The notes: generated from the letters alone by a model not told the origin. 64,000 nucleotides of DNA from a virus (IMGVR_UViG_3300036794_000053:32001-96000), one strand, 5' to 3'. Positions 35,129 to 46,091 are shown, counted from the stretch's first letter. Translations and numbers: made by a program.

Positions 35129-38100
35129 GTGGTTGCTTCAGCGAGCCAACTCCATCTAGAGATCACAGCGGATTCCACTAACGCTGTTGATGCGATGGAT
35201 AAGGCGAAGTCCGCGATTCGTAACTTGCATGGTGAGCGGGCTTCGATCGGTATCGAGCTCACCGGCGCCCAAGAGGCCGCTAGCCAGATCGATAGGGTTC
35301 GGCAGGCGCGGGAGAAGGCGTCGGGGACTGTCAAGGTCGGTGTTGACGCTGGCGGTATGGATGAGGCTGAGGCGAAGGTGGGGTCGCTGCGCCGGGCGGT
35401 GCAGGGTTTGGCTGGGGATTTGGCTCCGTTGGGTCGGTCTCGGCAAACGTTGTCGGTTGATTCTGGTGGGATTCGGCAGGCGGCGGCGGATACGGCCGAG
35501 TTTGGTCGGCAAACCAACCAGGCCCGCGGGTCGCTCACCGGTTTGGCTAGTGATGCGCGTGGCGCGGCGGACAGCCATGAGTCGTATTCGCGGTCGGTCC
35601 GGGCCGCCACAGCATCCACCGGTTCGCTGGTCAGTGCGCATGGTGATGCGGAGCGCAGTTTCGGCCGCGTGTCAGCGAAGGCGGACGAGCTGGGTGCCCG
35701 GATGCAGTCGGTGGGTGCGCAGATGGCCGCGCATGAACGCTCAATCAACCAGTTCTCGAATTCTTCTGAGCGGGGTTTGCGTCGGGTCGCTGACGCCGCC
35801 GACGATTTGGGTGCGCGGTCGGGGAACATCGCCGCCGCGGCCAAGGAGTTGAAGGGGTTGGCGTCGGCCGCTGAGGATGCGGATCGGGCGAATGCCCGGT
35901 TGAGCAGCAGCCGCCCGCCCGCACCCCGGGAGCCGGTTCCGGTGCGGGAGTTGGCGATGGCCGGCGCACCAGCCGGCGGCGGGGGCAGCGCGGGTGGTGG
36001 GGCGCAGCCGAGTCCGTCTATGGGGTGGCGTGGCGCGACGAGCCCGAACGAGCCGGGCCGGACCGGGTTCCGGATTGACAACAACGAGCGCCGCATGCAG
36101 GCACGCCAGGGCCGACCAGCTCCTACTGGCGGTACCGGCGGTGGTACTGGTGGTGGGCCGCCGCCACCGCCGAAGGGCTACGGGGGTGGCCCAGTCGGCG
36201 GCGACGATGAGGACCCGGATGATTTGTTGGGTCGCCGGGAGGCCCGGGCGAGGCTGGAGGAGCAGGCCGCGGCTGAGAAGGAAGCCCGGCAGGAAGCGGA
36301 CAGGGCGGCCCGCGCGGCGTCTCATCAGAAGGTGATGGACCGGCTCGCGCAGGCCAAGAAAGAGGGCATGCTCAGCCGGGAACAACCACCCGAGGCGACC
36401 GCCGCGGCTAAACAACTTCAGGATGAGCAGCAGTCGCTGTGGGATGCGGCGCGTGGCGGCCCGGGGACACCGGGCCCGTATGAGACTGGGCCGCATGGTG
36501 AGGCGGGTTCTGGTTTCCGTAGCCATTTCCCGCCGCCGATGCAGGGCCCGGAGCGGCCGGTAAGCCCGGAAACGCAAGCTGATATCAACCGGGCCGCCCA
36601 GTTGCATGAGCAGGAGCATGCGAAATGGCAGGCGAAACACGACGCAAAGGCGATCGAGAAGCAAGCCGATAGGGCGGCGGCGGGTTTGGGTCCGACGGGT
36701 CCGGAGCAGTCTCCGTTTGAGTCGGACGCTGAGTATGCGACTCGGATGGCTCGTGGCGTCAAGGACACGAAGGCTGCGGAGGAGAGGACTCGGGCGAAGC
36801 TTGCCGCTCGGGGGACTGTCTCCGCGAAACACCTTGGGGAGATCGAGGAGTCGGAGCGGACGCTGAGGTACGGTCCGCCACCGGGCGACACCGCGTCTAC
36901 CGCTCCGGTGTGGAATGCGGATAAGGGCCAGTGGGAGTACCCCAATGAGCCGCCGGACAAGCAACCTCCTCCCCGCCGTGGAGGCGGCCGTGGTGGTGCT
37001 GGGGGCGCTGGTGGTAAGGAACCGGGCCCGTTCGAGGACGAGGAGAAAGCGTTAAAGTCGGTTCACGGGCCCGCGATGGTCAGCCTGCTGGGTTCTGGTA
37101 TGGCCACGATTGTTACCGCTCTCGCCGGGCTGCTCCAGGCCAAAGAGGTGATCAAGAACACGCCGTCGTTGGCGGGCGCGTTTGGTGATGCGCAGAAACA
37201 TTTCGCCCAGGGTGTTTCGGATGCGATGGACGCGAAGATTGATGCGGCCGCGGCGCCAATGCTTGAGGCCACCAAAAACAATCTGTACCAGTTTGGTAAG
37301 CAGTTGGAGAAGACCGGCGAGGCGATGCTGCCGACGTTCGCCCACGTGTTGGATCAGGCGGCGGCGCAGGCCGCGACCTCTAATGCGGCGTTGCGGCCGA
37401 TCATGCCGGGCGCGGCGACTGGGTTGGGTGACACGCTCGATTCGATTATGTCCGCGATTTCGTCGCCGGCTTCGATCGCTGGCCAGAAGTCGGTGATTGG
37501 TGCGTTGACGAGCGGGCAGGATCAGGCGGCCATCTCGGATATCACTGGCGGGGTTATCGGCGCCGGTGGCCCGGTGTTGAAAGGTGTTTTGGACGCTGGC
37601 GGCATGTTGGACAGCGCGTTCGGTGGCGGGTTCGGTGGGGGTGACAAGTCCCAACAGTTCGCGTCGGCTATTTCGGCTGGTCTCGGTGGCCGTGCCGGTT
37701 GGCTAGCGAGTGGCGGGAAAGGCGTGTTGGCCGCTCGCGCGGCCAGTGGCACAGCTGGGGCCGCTGAAGCTGCTGGCGGGGCAGCTGGTGGCGCGGGGGC
37801 CGCTGTCGGCGCCGAGACGTCTCTTGTCGGCCCCATCTCGGGTGCCGCTGCCGGTGTTGGTCTGGGTTTGCTCACCCAGTATCAGCAGCAGCAGAACGCT
37901 GAGCAACCGGGCAGTCAGGACACCACGCAGAACTTGCTTTCCGCGGCGGGCGGGTACGGCTTGGCGAAAGCGTTCGGGCTCAAAGGTGGCTGGCCGATGA
38001 TTGCTGGTTTTGCCGCCGACGCCGCGACAAGTGAAGCGCCGATACCGAAAGACTGGAAGACCGCGATTGACAAAACCGTGACCGGCGCCGGTCTTGGCGC

Positions 38101-40840
38101 ATGGGGCGGGAAGGCTTTCGGCCCGGAAGGCGCGATCCTGGGCGGCATTATTGGTGGTGTTGAGAGCGGCGCGCCCGCCATTATTAACGCGCTGGGTGGG
38201 ACCACGTCGTCTGGTGCGGGGAAAGCAGCCACCGGTTTGGGGGCTATGTGGAACAGCACCGATGTTATCACGTCCCCTCTTCAAAACATCGCTAAGGGAA
38301 CTGATTTCAACGACACCGCTTTCGGTAAGGATTTCAAGCAGTTCCGGCAGGGTGTGGCGGATGTAATGCACGGGCCGCTGGAACACCTCGCCGGCAGCGC
38401 GCAAGACCCGATCGCTAAGGCGCTCTACGGCCCGCAGGGACTCATCAACCCAGGTCTGTTCGGACCAACATCCGCACCGACGCTGCCGACCCCACCGCCT
38501 GGTACCGGGATGATCCCCGCACCTGACATCGACACGCAGGCGTTTCCTCCCGGCAAGAAAGAGAACACTGTCGTCCAAGCCCCAGGGCCCGGGAAGCCTG
38601 GAGGAGTTCTCCAGCGGGTACAGGACGCCAACGGAAACACAATTGGTTACCGGAACACGTTTGATTCTGGTGCGACTAGTTCTTGGGTGTCGACTCCTAA
38701 GGGCGGAAGTGAGCTTGATACTACGACCGCTCCGGATAAGCAGGGCTTGCAGGATCTAACTAGGTCTATTCAGGCTCCTGGTGATTCGAAGGTGCGTAGT
38801 CAGGTTATCCACAATGCCAACGCTTTTGGTGGCGGCACGGCGGATGTTCCTACCTATACGTCCCCGCCGGCTCCCGCGCTGCCACCGGCTGCCGCCGCGC
38901 CGGCACCAACGCAGGGAAAGGGCCCATTCCATAGCACCCAAACCTTTACTAAGGGTGGGGTCGGCCACACCAATACGTATGACCGTACGGCTGATGGGTC
39001 GAGCGCTTATCACCAGACGTCCACCGCTGGCGAAGATATGACCACCTATAAGGACGCTGCTGGCGATAAGCAGACTGTTGGCCAGTGGGTGGACAAGCAG
39101 GGGAAGGTGCATCAGCTTAAGGGGAAGGTTCAGGTTGGCGGCGCGGGTCCCCCTGGCGAGGATGAGTATGGGGGTATCCCGGTTCCTGGTGAGGTGGCGA
39201 AGCAGAAGGCGGCGCAGCAGAACGCGTTGGACCAGTTGAATCGTGCTCGGGGTATTCCTGGGCCTGGTTCGGGTGGTCCTCGTCCTGACCTCGGTGGGAG
39301 GCTGGGCGGTGCCGCGTCCGCGTCGGCGGGCACGCTCGGTAAGGTTGGGACCGCGACCGCTGGTGCGAGTACGAGCATGGGTGGTTTGGCCGCGGAAACG
39401 AATAAGGCTAATACGGCGTTTCGTCAGACTGGTGCGGCGACCACAGCGGCTACGGCGCATATGAAGCAGCTGAATCAGTTTAAGCAACTGCAGCAGCAGC
39501 ATCAGAAAACGCAGACGGCGGGTCAGAAACTGACTCAGGCGTTGGGTTTGGCTCAGGGTGCTGGTGGTGTGGCCGCTGACCATATGCAGAATGTGCAGAA
39601 TTCCGCTGGTCAGGCGCAGGCGGGTTTGCAGGCGGTCCATCAGGGTTTGACTGCGCAGTCGGCCACGCTGGCGGCTGGTGCTGGTGGCGCCCCGCAGGCA
39701 CCACAACTGCAGCCGCCGCCGCAGCTGCAGCCGCAGCAAAGGCCCGGTGGGCAGGTGGCCGGCGGGGAGGGTCTCGCCGCTCAGGCCAGGGACAAGCAGC
39801 AGCAGCAGCCATCCGCTGGCGGTGGTGCTGCTGGCGCCCAGCTGGACCCGGCTAAGGGTGGTGGTGATCTCGCTCAGGCGCAGAGCCAACTTGTCGCCGG
39901 TGTGTCGGATGCCGCTGATTTGACGGCGAAGGCTGGTTCTTTGACGGGGAAGAAGGAGGAGGAACACCTTAAGCAGGCGAAGGGCCCGGCGGATAAAGGG
40001 ACCAGCAGTTTCCTCGATTCGATGGAAAGTTCTTTGCAGCAGGGCGCGGATAAGGGCAGCGGTGGTGGTGGTGGCGCTGGGTGTGCCGCTGGCGCGAAGG
40101 TCGCCGATAAGGCCGCGAGTTGTGGTAAGAGCGAGGCGAAGTCGCAGTCGCCGTCTCGGGTGTTTATGGAACTCGGCGAGAACATGACGTTGGGTTTGAA
40201 GATTGGTATGGAGGAAGGCGTCAAGGGCAGCTTTGAGCAGCTCGGCGCGGACATGAGTACTGGTTTGGCTATTGGTTTGGTCGACGGTATTAAGCATCGT
40301 GGCTATTTGGCTGGTCCGACGATTCAGAGTGTGGTGAATCAGGTCGGTGGCCAGATGTCGTCGGGTATGGGTTCGGCGGTGGACAAATCGGTGCAGTCCG
40401 CCGTGAATTCGGTGAGCCAGTTCGACTACAACGAGGCGCTGTCCGGTGGGTTGGGCGCTGGTGTCACGGCCGCGTCGAACGGGGTGAGCCCGATCGCGCA
40501 GGACTACGGTTTGATGATCGGTTATACGTGGGCTGAGAATGTGGTGACGGGCACCCAAAGTGTGCTGCAGTCCAGCCAGTTCGCCGATCTGGTGGTGCCG
40601 CAGTTTAAGTCGGCGCTAGCCCAGGCCGATCTCGGCAAACTGGGTTTGTTGCCGCCGGCTGGTTCGGGCGCCCAGTACTACACCACCACTTCGGGTTCGG
40701 CTGGGATGGTGTCGATGTCGCCGGTGGTGAACGCGACGATCATGGTGAATGTGGATGGTTCACCGATGGAAACGGTCGCGCAGCAGGTGGTGGACACGTC
40801 GCTGAACAATCTGACGAACTCGATCAGCGCACAAAGGTAG
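35129..40840 (+). CDS. Tape measure protein 1 (1903 aa)
   Basis: Directly after the chaperones; Ala/Gly-rich; SPSRVFMELGENMTLGLKIG C-terminal TMP motif. Confidence 0.85.
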   Translation: MVASASQLHLEITADSTNAVDAMDKAKSAIRNLHGERASIGIELTGAQEAASQIDRVRQAREKASGTVKVGVDAGGMDEAEAKVGSLRRAVQGLAGDLAPLGRSRQTLSVDSGGIRQAAADTAEFGRQTNQARGSLTGLASDARGAADSHESYSRSVRAATASTGSLVSAHGDAERSFGRVSAKADELGARMQSVGAQMAAHERSINQFSNSSERGLRRVADAADDLGARSGNIAAAAKELKGLASAAEDADRANARLSSSRPPAPREPVPVRELAMAGAPAGGGGSAGGGAQPSPSMGWRGATSPNEPGRTGFRIDNNERRMQARQGRPAPTGGTGGGTGGGPPPPPKGYGGGPVGGDDEDPDDLLGRREARARLEEQAAAEKEARQEADRAARAASHQKVMDRLAQAKKEGMLSREQPPEATAAAKQLQDEQQSLWDAARGGPGTPGPYETGPHGEAGSGFRSHFPPPMQGPERPVSPETQADINRAAQLHEQEHAKWQAKHDAKAIEKQADRAAAGLGPTGPEQSPFESDAEYATRMARGVKDTKAAEERTRAKLAARGTVSAKHLGEIEESERTLRYGPPPGDTASTAPVWNADKGQWEYPNEPPDKQPPPRRGGGRGGAGGAGGKEPGPFEDEEKALKSVHGPAMVSLLGSGMATIVTALAGLLQAKEVIKNTPSLAGAFGDAQKHFAQGVSDAMDAKIDAAAAPMLEATKNNLYQFGKQLEKTGEAMLPTFAHVLDQAAAQAATSNAALRPIMPGAATGLGDTLDSIMSAISSPASIAGQKSVIGALTSGQDQAAISDITGGVIGAGGPVLKGVLDAGGMLDSAFGGGFGGGDKSQQFASAISAGLGGRAGWLASGGKGVLAARAASGTAGAAEAAGGAAGGAGAAVGAETSLVGPISGAAAGVGLGLLTQYQQQQNAEQPGSQDTTQNLLSAAGGYGLAKAFGLKGGWPMIAGFAADAATSEAPIPKDWKTAIDKTVTGAGLGAWGGKAFGPEGAILGGIIGGVESGAPAIINALGGTTSSGAGKAATGLGAMWNSTDVITSPLQNIAKGTDFNDTAFGKDFKQFRQGVADVMHGPLEHLAGSAQDPIAKALYGPQGLINPGLFGPTSAPTLPTPPPGTGMIPAPDIDTQAFPPGKKENTVVQAPGPGKPGGVLQRVQDANGNTIGYRNTFDSGATSSWVSTPKGGSELDTTTAPDKQGLQDLTRSIQAPGDSKVRSQVIHNANAFGGGTADVPTYTSPPAPALPPAAAAPAPTQGKGPFHSTQTFTKGGVGHTNTYDRTADGSSAYHQTSTAGEDMTTYKDAAGDKQTVGQWVDKQGKVHQLKGKVQVGGAGPPGEDEYGGIPVPGEVAKQKAAQQNALDQLNRARGIPGPGSGGPRPDLGGRLGGAASASAGTLGKVGTATAGASTSMGGLAAETNKANTAFRQTGAATTAATAHMKQLNQFKQLQQQHQKTQTAGQKLTQALGLAQGAGGVAADHMQNVQNSAGQAQAGLQAVHQGLTAQSATLAAGAGGAPQAPQLQPPPQLQPQQRPGGQVAGGEGLAAQARDKQQQQPSAGGGAAGAQLDPAKGGGDLAQAQSQLVAGVSDAADLTAKAGSLTGKKEEEHLKQAKGPADKGTSSFLDSMESSLQQGADKGSGGGGGAGCAAGAKVADKAASCGKSEAKSQSPSRVFMELGENMTLGLKIGMEEGVKGSFEQLGADMSTGLAIGLVDGIKHRGYLAGPTIQSVVNQVGGQMSSGMGSAVDKSVQSAVNSVSQFDYNEALSGGLGAGVTAASNGVSPIAQDYGLMIGYTWAENVVTGTQSVLQSSQFADLVVPQFKSALAQADLGKLGLLPPAGSGAQYYTTTSGSAGMVSMSPVVNATIMVNVDGSPMETVAQQVVDTSLNNLTNSISAQR

Positions 40841-40851
40841 GTGAGTGAACA

Positions 40852-43800
40852 ATGGCCGGGCTACACCTCGAAGTCACAGCGGAAGATTGCCGCCCCGCTG
40901 ACACCATGCGAAGGGTCGGCGAAGCGGTTCGGGAATTGAGCCGTGAAGACTTACGCGAGGATGTCGAGGTTGAAGCCGCGGAAGACGCGGCCCGGCGGTT
41001 GGCGAGGGTGCGTGAGGCGTGGGCCGGCTCCTCACGCACCGTCAAGTTTGAGATCGAAACCGAGGACGAGTCCGAGGAGAAGATCGGGTCTTACCGCCGC
41101 GCGGTGCAGGGTTTGGCCAAAGAGTTCGACGTCATCGGCATGACCAGGCACACCGTCATGGTCGACGGCGGGTTGTTGCGCCGCGCGTCCGGTGACATGG
41201 ACGAGTTCTCCCGGCAGGTTGACCGTGGTCGTGTCATGGTGCGCGCAATGGGCGAATCGGCGGACGCCGCCGGTGACGGTCTGGATGTGTATTCGGGTTC
41301 GTTGCGGGCGGGTGAGCGGGACACCCGTTCTTTGGTGGGGGCTCACGCGGATGCGGAACGCAGTTTCGCGGAAAGCACTTCCCGCATGGACGATATCGGG
41401 TCGCGTCTGAATGTTGTGGGTAAGGCCGCGGATTACGAGTCGCCGCTAGATCGCGGTGGCGTTCCTTCATTTGGGTCGGCGCCGTCGGAACCACGGGTGC
41501 CTGCTTTAGCTGGCGCCGGTGGTCAGGCTCCGCGTGGGGCGCAGATGACCAGGTATTACAGGGCGCCGCAGAAAGCGCGGCCTCGTTCCCCGGAAGACCC
41601 GAAGGATCGGGCCGCGCGCCGTGCTGTGGTTCGGGAGGCTGAGCGGATAATGCGGGGCGGGGGACCACCTCAGGGGCCTCGTAAGCCACCCGGCCCCCCT
41701 AGTGGCGGTTCCGGTGGCACTCCCGGCGGCGGCGATGAGTCGTTCAATGAGCGGAGGCTTCACCACTTTCTGGGCAGCGAAGACTTCGAGGCGGAAATGG
41801 AGAAGGAGCGCCAGCGGTTGCTGGAGGAACGCCGGAATGAGGCGCTTCAGCGCGCAATCGAACGCGGCAAGGACCTTCCCCGGCCTGATGCTGATATGCA
41901 GGTGCCGCCGGCTACGGTGGCACCCGGCTCCGAGGAAGCGTTGGGTCGGACACGGCAACAGCCGAGCCCAGGGGAAGTCGCTGACGCCACCCAGGAGAAG
42001 CGGGTGCCGCGGTCTTCCCCGCAGGAGGACTCTTTAGAGAAAGCCCGTAGAGAAGCTGGCGAGAAACTGGACCAAGCCTTCGAGAAGTACAAGAAGGAGC
42101 ATTCGGAGGAGAGTCTTAGGGAATGGGCGCGCGCCCAGGCGCACTACGACGTCGCAAGGGCAAACCTGCGGGATGCCGCCAACAAATTGCCTCCTGCCCC
42201 ACCGAGCGCGCCTAGCCCGCCCGTGCAGCCGAGTGCGCCCAAACCGCCTGTGCAGCCGAAGGCCCCGAGCGTGCCCCCTACGGGTGGTGGCGCGGGCACT
42301 GCGCCGGCCCCACCTGCGCAGCCGGCGCCTCCCGCGCAACCTCCCCCAGCTGCCCCGCCCAGCGCGCCCCAACCCCCTGCTGCGCCCCCGGCGCCCCCGG
42401 CTCCCGCGGAACCTCCTCCGTCCCAGCCGGTTCCTCCGCGTCCTGCCGATCAACCTCCGGCTGGTCCTCCAGCTGAACCGTCGGCCGGAGGACCGCCGCC
42501 TACAGCCGCCGGGGGTGAGCGCGGCGGGGGTGGGGGTAAGGAACCTGGTCCGTTCGAACGGGAAGCGCAGGCGTTCAAGTCCAGCCTTGGCGCGGGCATG
42601 GTCAGTGGTTTCCTGGCTGGGACGGCCACCATGGTTAGCGCCATGGCTGGTTTGGCCGAAGCCAAAACGGTGATCAAGAACACCGGCGAGTTGAAGAACG
42701 CTTTTAGCGACGCGAAGGCCGAGTTCGCCAAAGGCATTCGAGACAACGCGAACGCTAACCTTGACGCCGGATTCGCACCCCAACTGGAACACCTGGGTGA
42801 TTCGTTTAACCAGTTCGGCAAGAGTCTGGAACAGACCGGCCAGTCTATGTTGTCGACGGCAGCTAATCTTTTGAACCAAGGGGCGGCGCAAGCCGCTATC
42901 TCCAGTGCGGCGCTGCGGCCTATCATGCCCGGTGCCGGCGCTAGCTTGGGTAACACCATTGACTCGCTGCTCGGCGCGGTGTCGTCACAGGCTTCCATCG
43001 CGGGCCAGAAGAGCGCCATTGGCGGTTTGACCAGCGCCGACGATCAGTCGGCCATCTCGGATATCGCCGGTGGCCTCATCGGCGTTGGTGGCCCAGCGCT
43101 GAAAGCGGTGGCGGACATTGCTGGGATGGTCGACAGCGCGTTCGGCGGCGGGTTCGAAGATGAGTCTCAGAAGTTCGCTGCCGGCATTTCCGTTGCCGCT
43201 GGTGCGCGCGCGGGTTGGGTAGCCGGCGGCCCGGTGGGTGCGCTGGCCGGCGCCGGCCTTGGCCTTCTCACCCAGCTCCAGCAGGGGCAGGGGCAACAAG
43301 ACACCACCCAAGGTCTGCTTACCGCGGCTGGGGGCTACGGACTTGGCAAGGCTTTCGGGCTCAAGGGCGGCGCGTCGATGCTTGTCGGTCTCGGGGCCGA
43401 TTTCCTGACGTCTGAGGTTTCGCTACCGCCCGAGTGGGAAGACACCGCTCAGAAAGCCGTGCAGGGCGGCGGCCTGGGGGCGGTCCTAGGTAACGCTCTC
43501 TTCGGGGGGAAGGGCGCGATCGCGCTCGGTCTCGCTGGCGCTCTCCTCAATGCGCAGGATTCCGCCGGGGCCGCGATGGGACTCACCTCGAAGTCTGGTT
43601 GGGGGAAGATCGGCAGCTCGGCTGAGTCGGGACTGCTGGATTGGGTGAAGGACGCGGGGCTCGGCGTCCAGGGCGCGCATGAGGCGTTCGGTCAGGACTT
43701 CGCTTCGTTCCGGCAGGGTGTGGCGGACGTAACGCAAGGACCGCTGCAGGACATTGCCGGCGCCGCTCACGACCCAATCGATCAGGCGGTGTTTGGCCAA

Positions 43801-45999
43801 CACGGGTTCCTTATGCACCCTGGCATGTTCGGTCCCACATCTCCGGTGGCTATGCCGGATGTGCCGGGTGTGCAACCCGGCTCGGGGATGATGTCTGTTC
43901 CGGATATCGATCAGCAGATGTTCCCGCCGGGTTCGAAGCAGGACACGGTCACTACTCCGCTGGGGACGTTCCAGCGTGCCCAGGGCGATGACGGCGCGCT
44001 CAGTTTCCAGAACCAGTTCATTTCGGGTGCGAGCAGCGCTTACCAGTCGGCTCCGGGGCAGGGCAGCGTGCTTGACACGCAGTCCGCTCCGGACGCGTCG
44101 GGGGCGTATCAGCAGCAAATTGTTACGCAGGACCCGGCTTCTGGTATTACACGTACTCAGGAGCAGGATTTTGATCCTGCGAAGGGTGGTCTCCAGCGGC
44201 CGCTGGTCCCTGTGTATACGTCACCTACGCCCCCCCAGCCTAAACCGGGCGAAGACGATGCGATTGGCCAGCCCAAGAAGAAGGGGCCCGGCGGACCGAA
44301 GGATAAGGGCGATTTGCGGGGTGAGAAGCACACTGGTGGCTTCCACATCGGGTTGTGGCATTCGTTGAGCGGCGGCCAAAAGCTCGTCCAGAAGCCTCAG
44401 AAGCCCCAGAAGGATAAGAACAAGCCCCAACCCGCTCCCCCTACGGGCGGCGGTGGTGGCGGCGGTTCCAGTCTGAACAGTCCTAGTGCGATATCGGACT
44501 TCCTCAGCCAGCTGAACTCTGATGCGTCTTCGGCTCCGGCGCCGTTGAGTCAGGTGGGGCATGCGTCGGCGGCGGCGAAGTCGCACTTGGCGAACGTGTC
44601 GGCGAACTCGAACAAGGTGAACACCGCGTTCCGCCAGACCGGTGTGGATGCCGCGTCGGCTACGGCGCAGACCCGGCAGCTTGACCATTCGACTCAACTG
44701 CAGCGGCAGCTTGAGCAGACTCACCAGTCAAACGCTGGCGTCAATAGGTCGTACAGCCAGGTAGGGGCGGCTGGTAGCCAAACTGCCGACAGCATGCAGA
44801 ATGTGCAGAACACTTCGGGCCAGGCGCAGCAGACGTTGCAGGCGAATCGGCAGTCGTTGACTCCGCAGCCACCGGCCCCGCCAAAGCACATCCCGCCTCC
44901 GGTGCACGCTCCGCAGCAACCACCACAGCAGCAGCAGCCGGGTGTGGGCGATGCCAACATGTCGCCGCTGAAGGACTCAGCGGCACAACAACAGCAGCAG
45001 CAGCCCGCTAGCGCCGGTGGTGACATTGCGCCGCCCCCGGACCCATCATCGGCCGGCGCGGACCTGGCTATCTACCAGGAACACACGGTAGAGATGCTGT
45101 GGGATGCCGGGTTCGTCCTGGCCGGTGTGGAGAGCCCAACCGAAATGACCGAGAAACACATCGGCCATATGGGCCAAAACGTTGGTCACGACACCGGCAA
45201 TGATGCGAAGGGTGGTTCCGCCGGGTCTCAGGTGATGGAGGAGGCCACTAAGGCTGGCGGCGGTAAAGGCGGTTCGTGCGCCACCGGTAAGGCCGAGGCG
45301 AAGAAAGCTGGTAGTTGTGCGAGTGGCGCCGCTGGGGCTAAGTCGCCGGCTACGAAGTGGATGCCGATCGGCGCGGATTTGACCGCTGGTATGGATGTTG
45401 GTATGCGGCGGGACCGGTTGGAGAGCAGCGGCCATAACGCGGCCAGTGCGTGGGCGAGTCGTATGGCGGACGGTTTGGAGCATGGCGGCTACACCAGGGC
45501 GGCTGACTCGGTTGTCGGTCAGCTCGGCGGCCAGCTCGGGCTGGGCGACGCCGTGAACAACGCGCTAGCGAACGTCGCTAACACCATCGCCCAGTTCAAC
45601 TACAACTCGGAGTTGGCTGGCGCGTTCGGGGCCGGGCTGGTCGCCGCGGCGAATGGTGTCACTCCGATCGCGCAGGATCACGGGTTGATGATCGGGTACG
45701 TGTTCGCCGAGAACATCGTGACCGGCGCGCAGAATGTGCTGCAATCGGCGGCGTTCGCGGACCTCGTCGTCCCAGCCTTCAAGTCGGCGTTGGCGCAAGC
45801 TGACCTCGGCAAATTGGGACTGCTCCCTCCCGCTGGTCGGGGTGCGCAGTATTACACCACCACTTCTGGTAGCGCTGGGATGGTGTCGATGACACCGGTG
45901 GTGAACACGACGGTGACCGTGTCTGATTCTGGTGGGACGCCGTTGCAGTCCACTAACAAGGTGTTGAGGGCGTCGTGGACTAACCGTAACGCCGCGTAA
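40852..45999 (+). CDS. Tape measure protein 2 (1715 aa), paralog of TMP1
   Basis: Collinear shared blocks with TMP1 from N- to C-terminus; SPATKWMPIGADLTAGMDVG motif. Confidence 0.8.
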   Translation: MAGLHLEVTAEDCRPADTMRRVGEAVRELSREDLREDVEVEAAEDAARRLARVREAWAGSSRTVKFEIETEDESEEKIGSYRRAVQGLAKEFDVIGMTRHTVMVDGGLLRRASGDMDEFSRQVDRGRVMVRAMGESADAAGDGLDVYSGSLRAGERDTRSLVGAHADAERSFAESTSRMDDIGSRLNVVGKAADYESPLDRGGVPSFGSAPSEPRVPALAGAGGQAPRGAQMTRYYRAPQKARPRSPEDPKDRAARRAVVREAERIMRGGGPPQGPRKPPGPPSGGSGGTPGGGDESFNERRLHHFLGSEDFEAEMEKERQRLLEERRNEALQRAIERGKDLPRPDADMQVPPATVAPGSEEALGRTRQQPSPGEVADATQEKRVPRSSPQEDSLEKARREAGEKLDQAFEKYKKEHSEESLREWARAQAHYDVARANLRDAANKLPPAPPSAPSPPVQPSAPKPPVQPKAPSVPPTGGGAGTAPAPPAQPAPPAQPPPAAPPSAPQPPAAPPAPPAPAEPPPSQPVPPRPADQPPAGPPAEPSAGGPPPTAAGGERGGGGGKEPGPFEREAQAFKSSLGAGMVSGFLAGTATMVSAMAGLAEAKTVIKNTGELKNAFSDAKAEFAKGIRDNANANLDAGFAPQLEHLGDSFNQFGKSLEQTGQSMLSTAANLLNQGAAQAAISSAALRPIMPGAGASLGNTIDSLLGAVSSQASIAGQKSAIGGLTSADDQSAISDIAGGLIGVGGPALKAVADIAGMVDSAFGGGFEDESQKFAAGISVAAGARAGWVAGGPVGALAGAGLGLLTQLQQGQGQQDTTQGLLTAAGGYGLGKAFGLKGGASMLVGLGADFLTSEVSLPPEWEDTAQKAVQGGGLGAVLGNALFGGKGAIALGLAGALLNAQDSAGAAMGLTSKSGWGKIGSSAESGLLDWVKDAGLGVQGAHEAFGQDFASFRQGVADVTQGPLQDIAGAAHDPIDQAVFGQHGFLMHPGMFGPTSPVAMPDVPGVQPGSGMMSVPDIDQQMFPPGSKQDTVTTPLGTFQRAQGDDGALSFQNQFISGASSAYQSAPGQGSVLDTQSAPDASGAYQQQIVTQDPASGITRTQEQDFDPAKGGLQRPLVPVYTSPTPPQPKPGEDDAIGQPKKKGPGGPKDKGDLRGEKHTGGFHIGLWHSLSGGQKLVQKPQKPQKDKNKPQPAPPTGGGGGGGSSLNSPSAISDFLSQLNSDASSAPAPLSQVGHASAAAKSHLANVSANSNKVNTAFRQTGVDAASATAQTRQLDHSTQLQRQLEQTHQSNAGVNRSYSQVGAAGSQTADSMQNVQNTSGQAQQTLQANRQSLTPQPPAPPKHIPPPVHAPQQPPQQQQPGVGDANMSPLKDSAAQQQQQQPASAGGDIAPPPDPSSAGADLAIYQEHTVEMLWDAGFVLAGVESPTEMTEKHIGHMGQNVGHDTGNDAKGGSAGSQVMEEATKAGGGKGGSCATGKAEAKKAGSCASGAAGAKSPATKWMPIGADLTAGMDVGMRRDRLESSGHNAASAWASRMADGLEHGGYTRAADSVVGQLGGQLGLGDAVNNALANVANTIAQFNYNSELAGAFGAGLVAAANGVTPIAQDHGLMIGYVFAENIVTGAQNVLQSAAFADLVVPAFKSALAQADLGKLGLLPPAGRGAQYYTTTSGSAGMVSMTPVVNTTVTVSDSGGTPLQSTNKVLRASWTNRNAA

Positions 46000-46006
46000 A
46001 TAGGCA

Positions 46007-46071
46007 AGCCGTCACCCCCGTCCAAGCAAAAAATGGGCGGGGGTGACGGGGCTGCGCCTTTTTTCTTCTTT
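46007..46071 (+). terminator. Hairpin / terminator after TMP2
   Basis: ccgtcacccccg...cgggggtgacgg followed by a T-rich tract. Confidence 0.65.
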
Positions 46072-46091
46072 CGCCGAATTGGTGAGGCCCC

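Noticed and set aside
35129-45999. TMP duplication as a simple assembly repeat artefact
   Set aside because: The copies differ extensively, with synonymous changes in conserved blocks and unrelated linkers; both frames are intact. A chimera of two phages still needs read-level exclusion.
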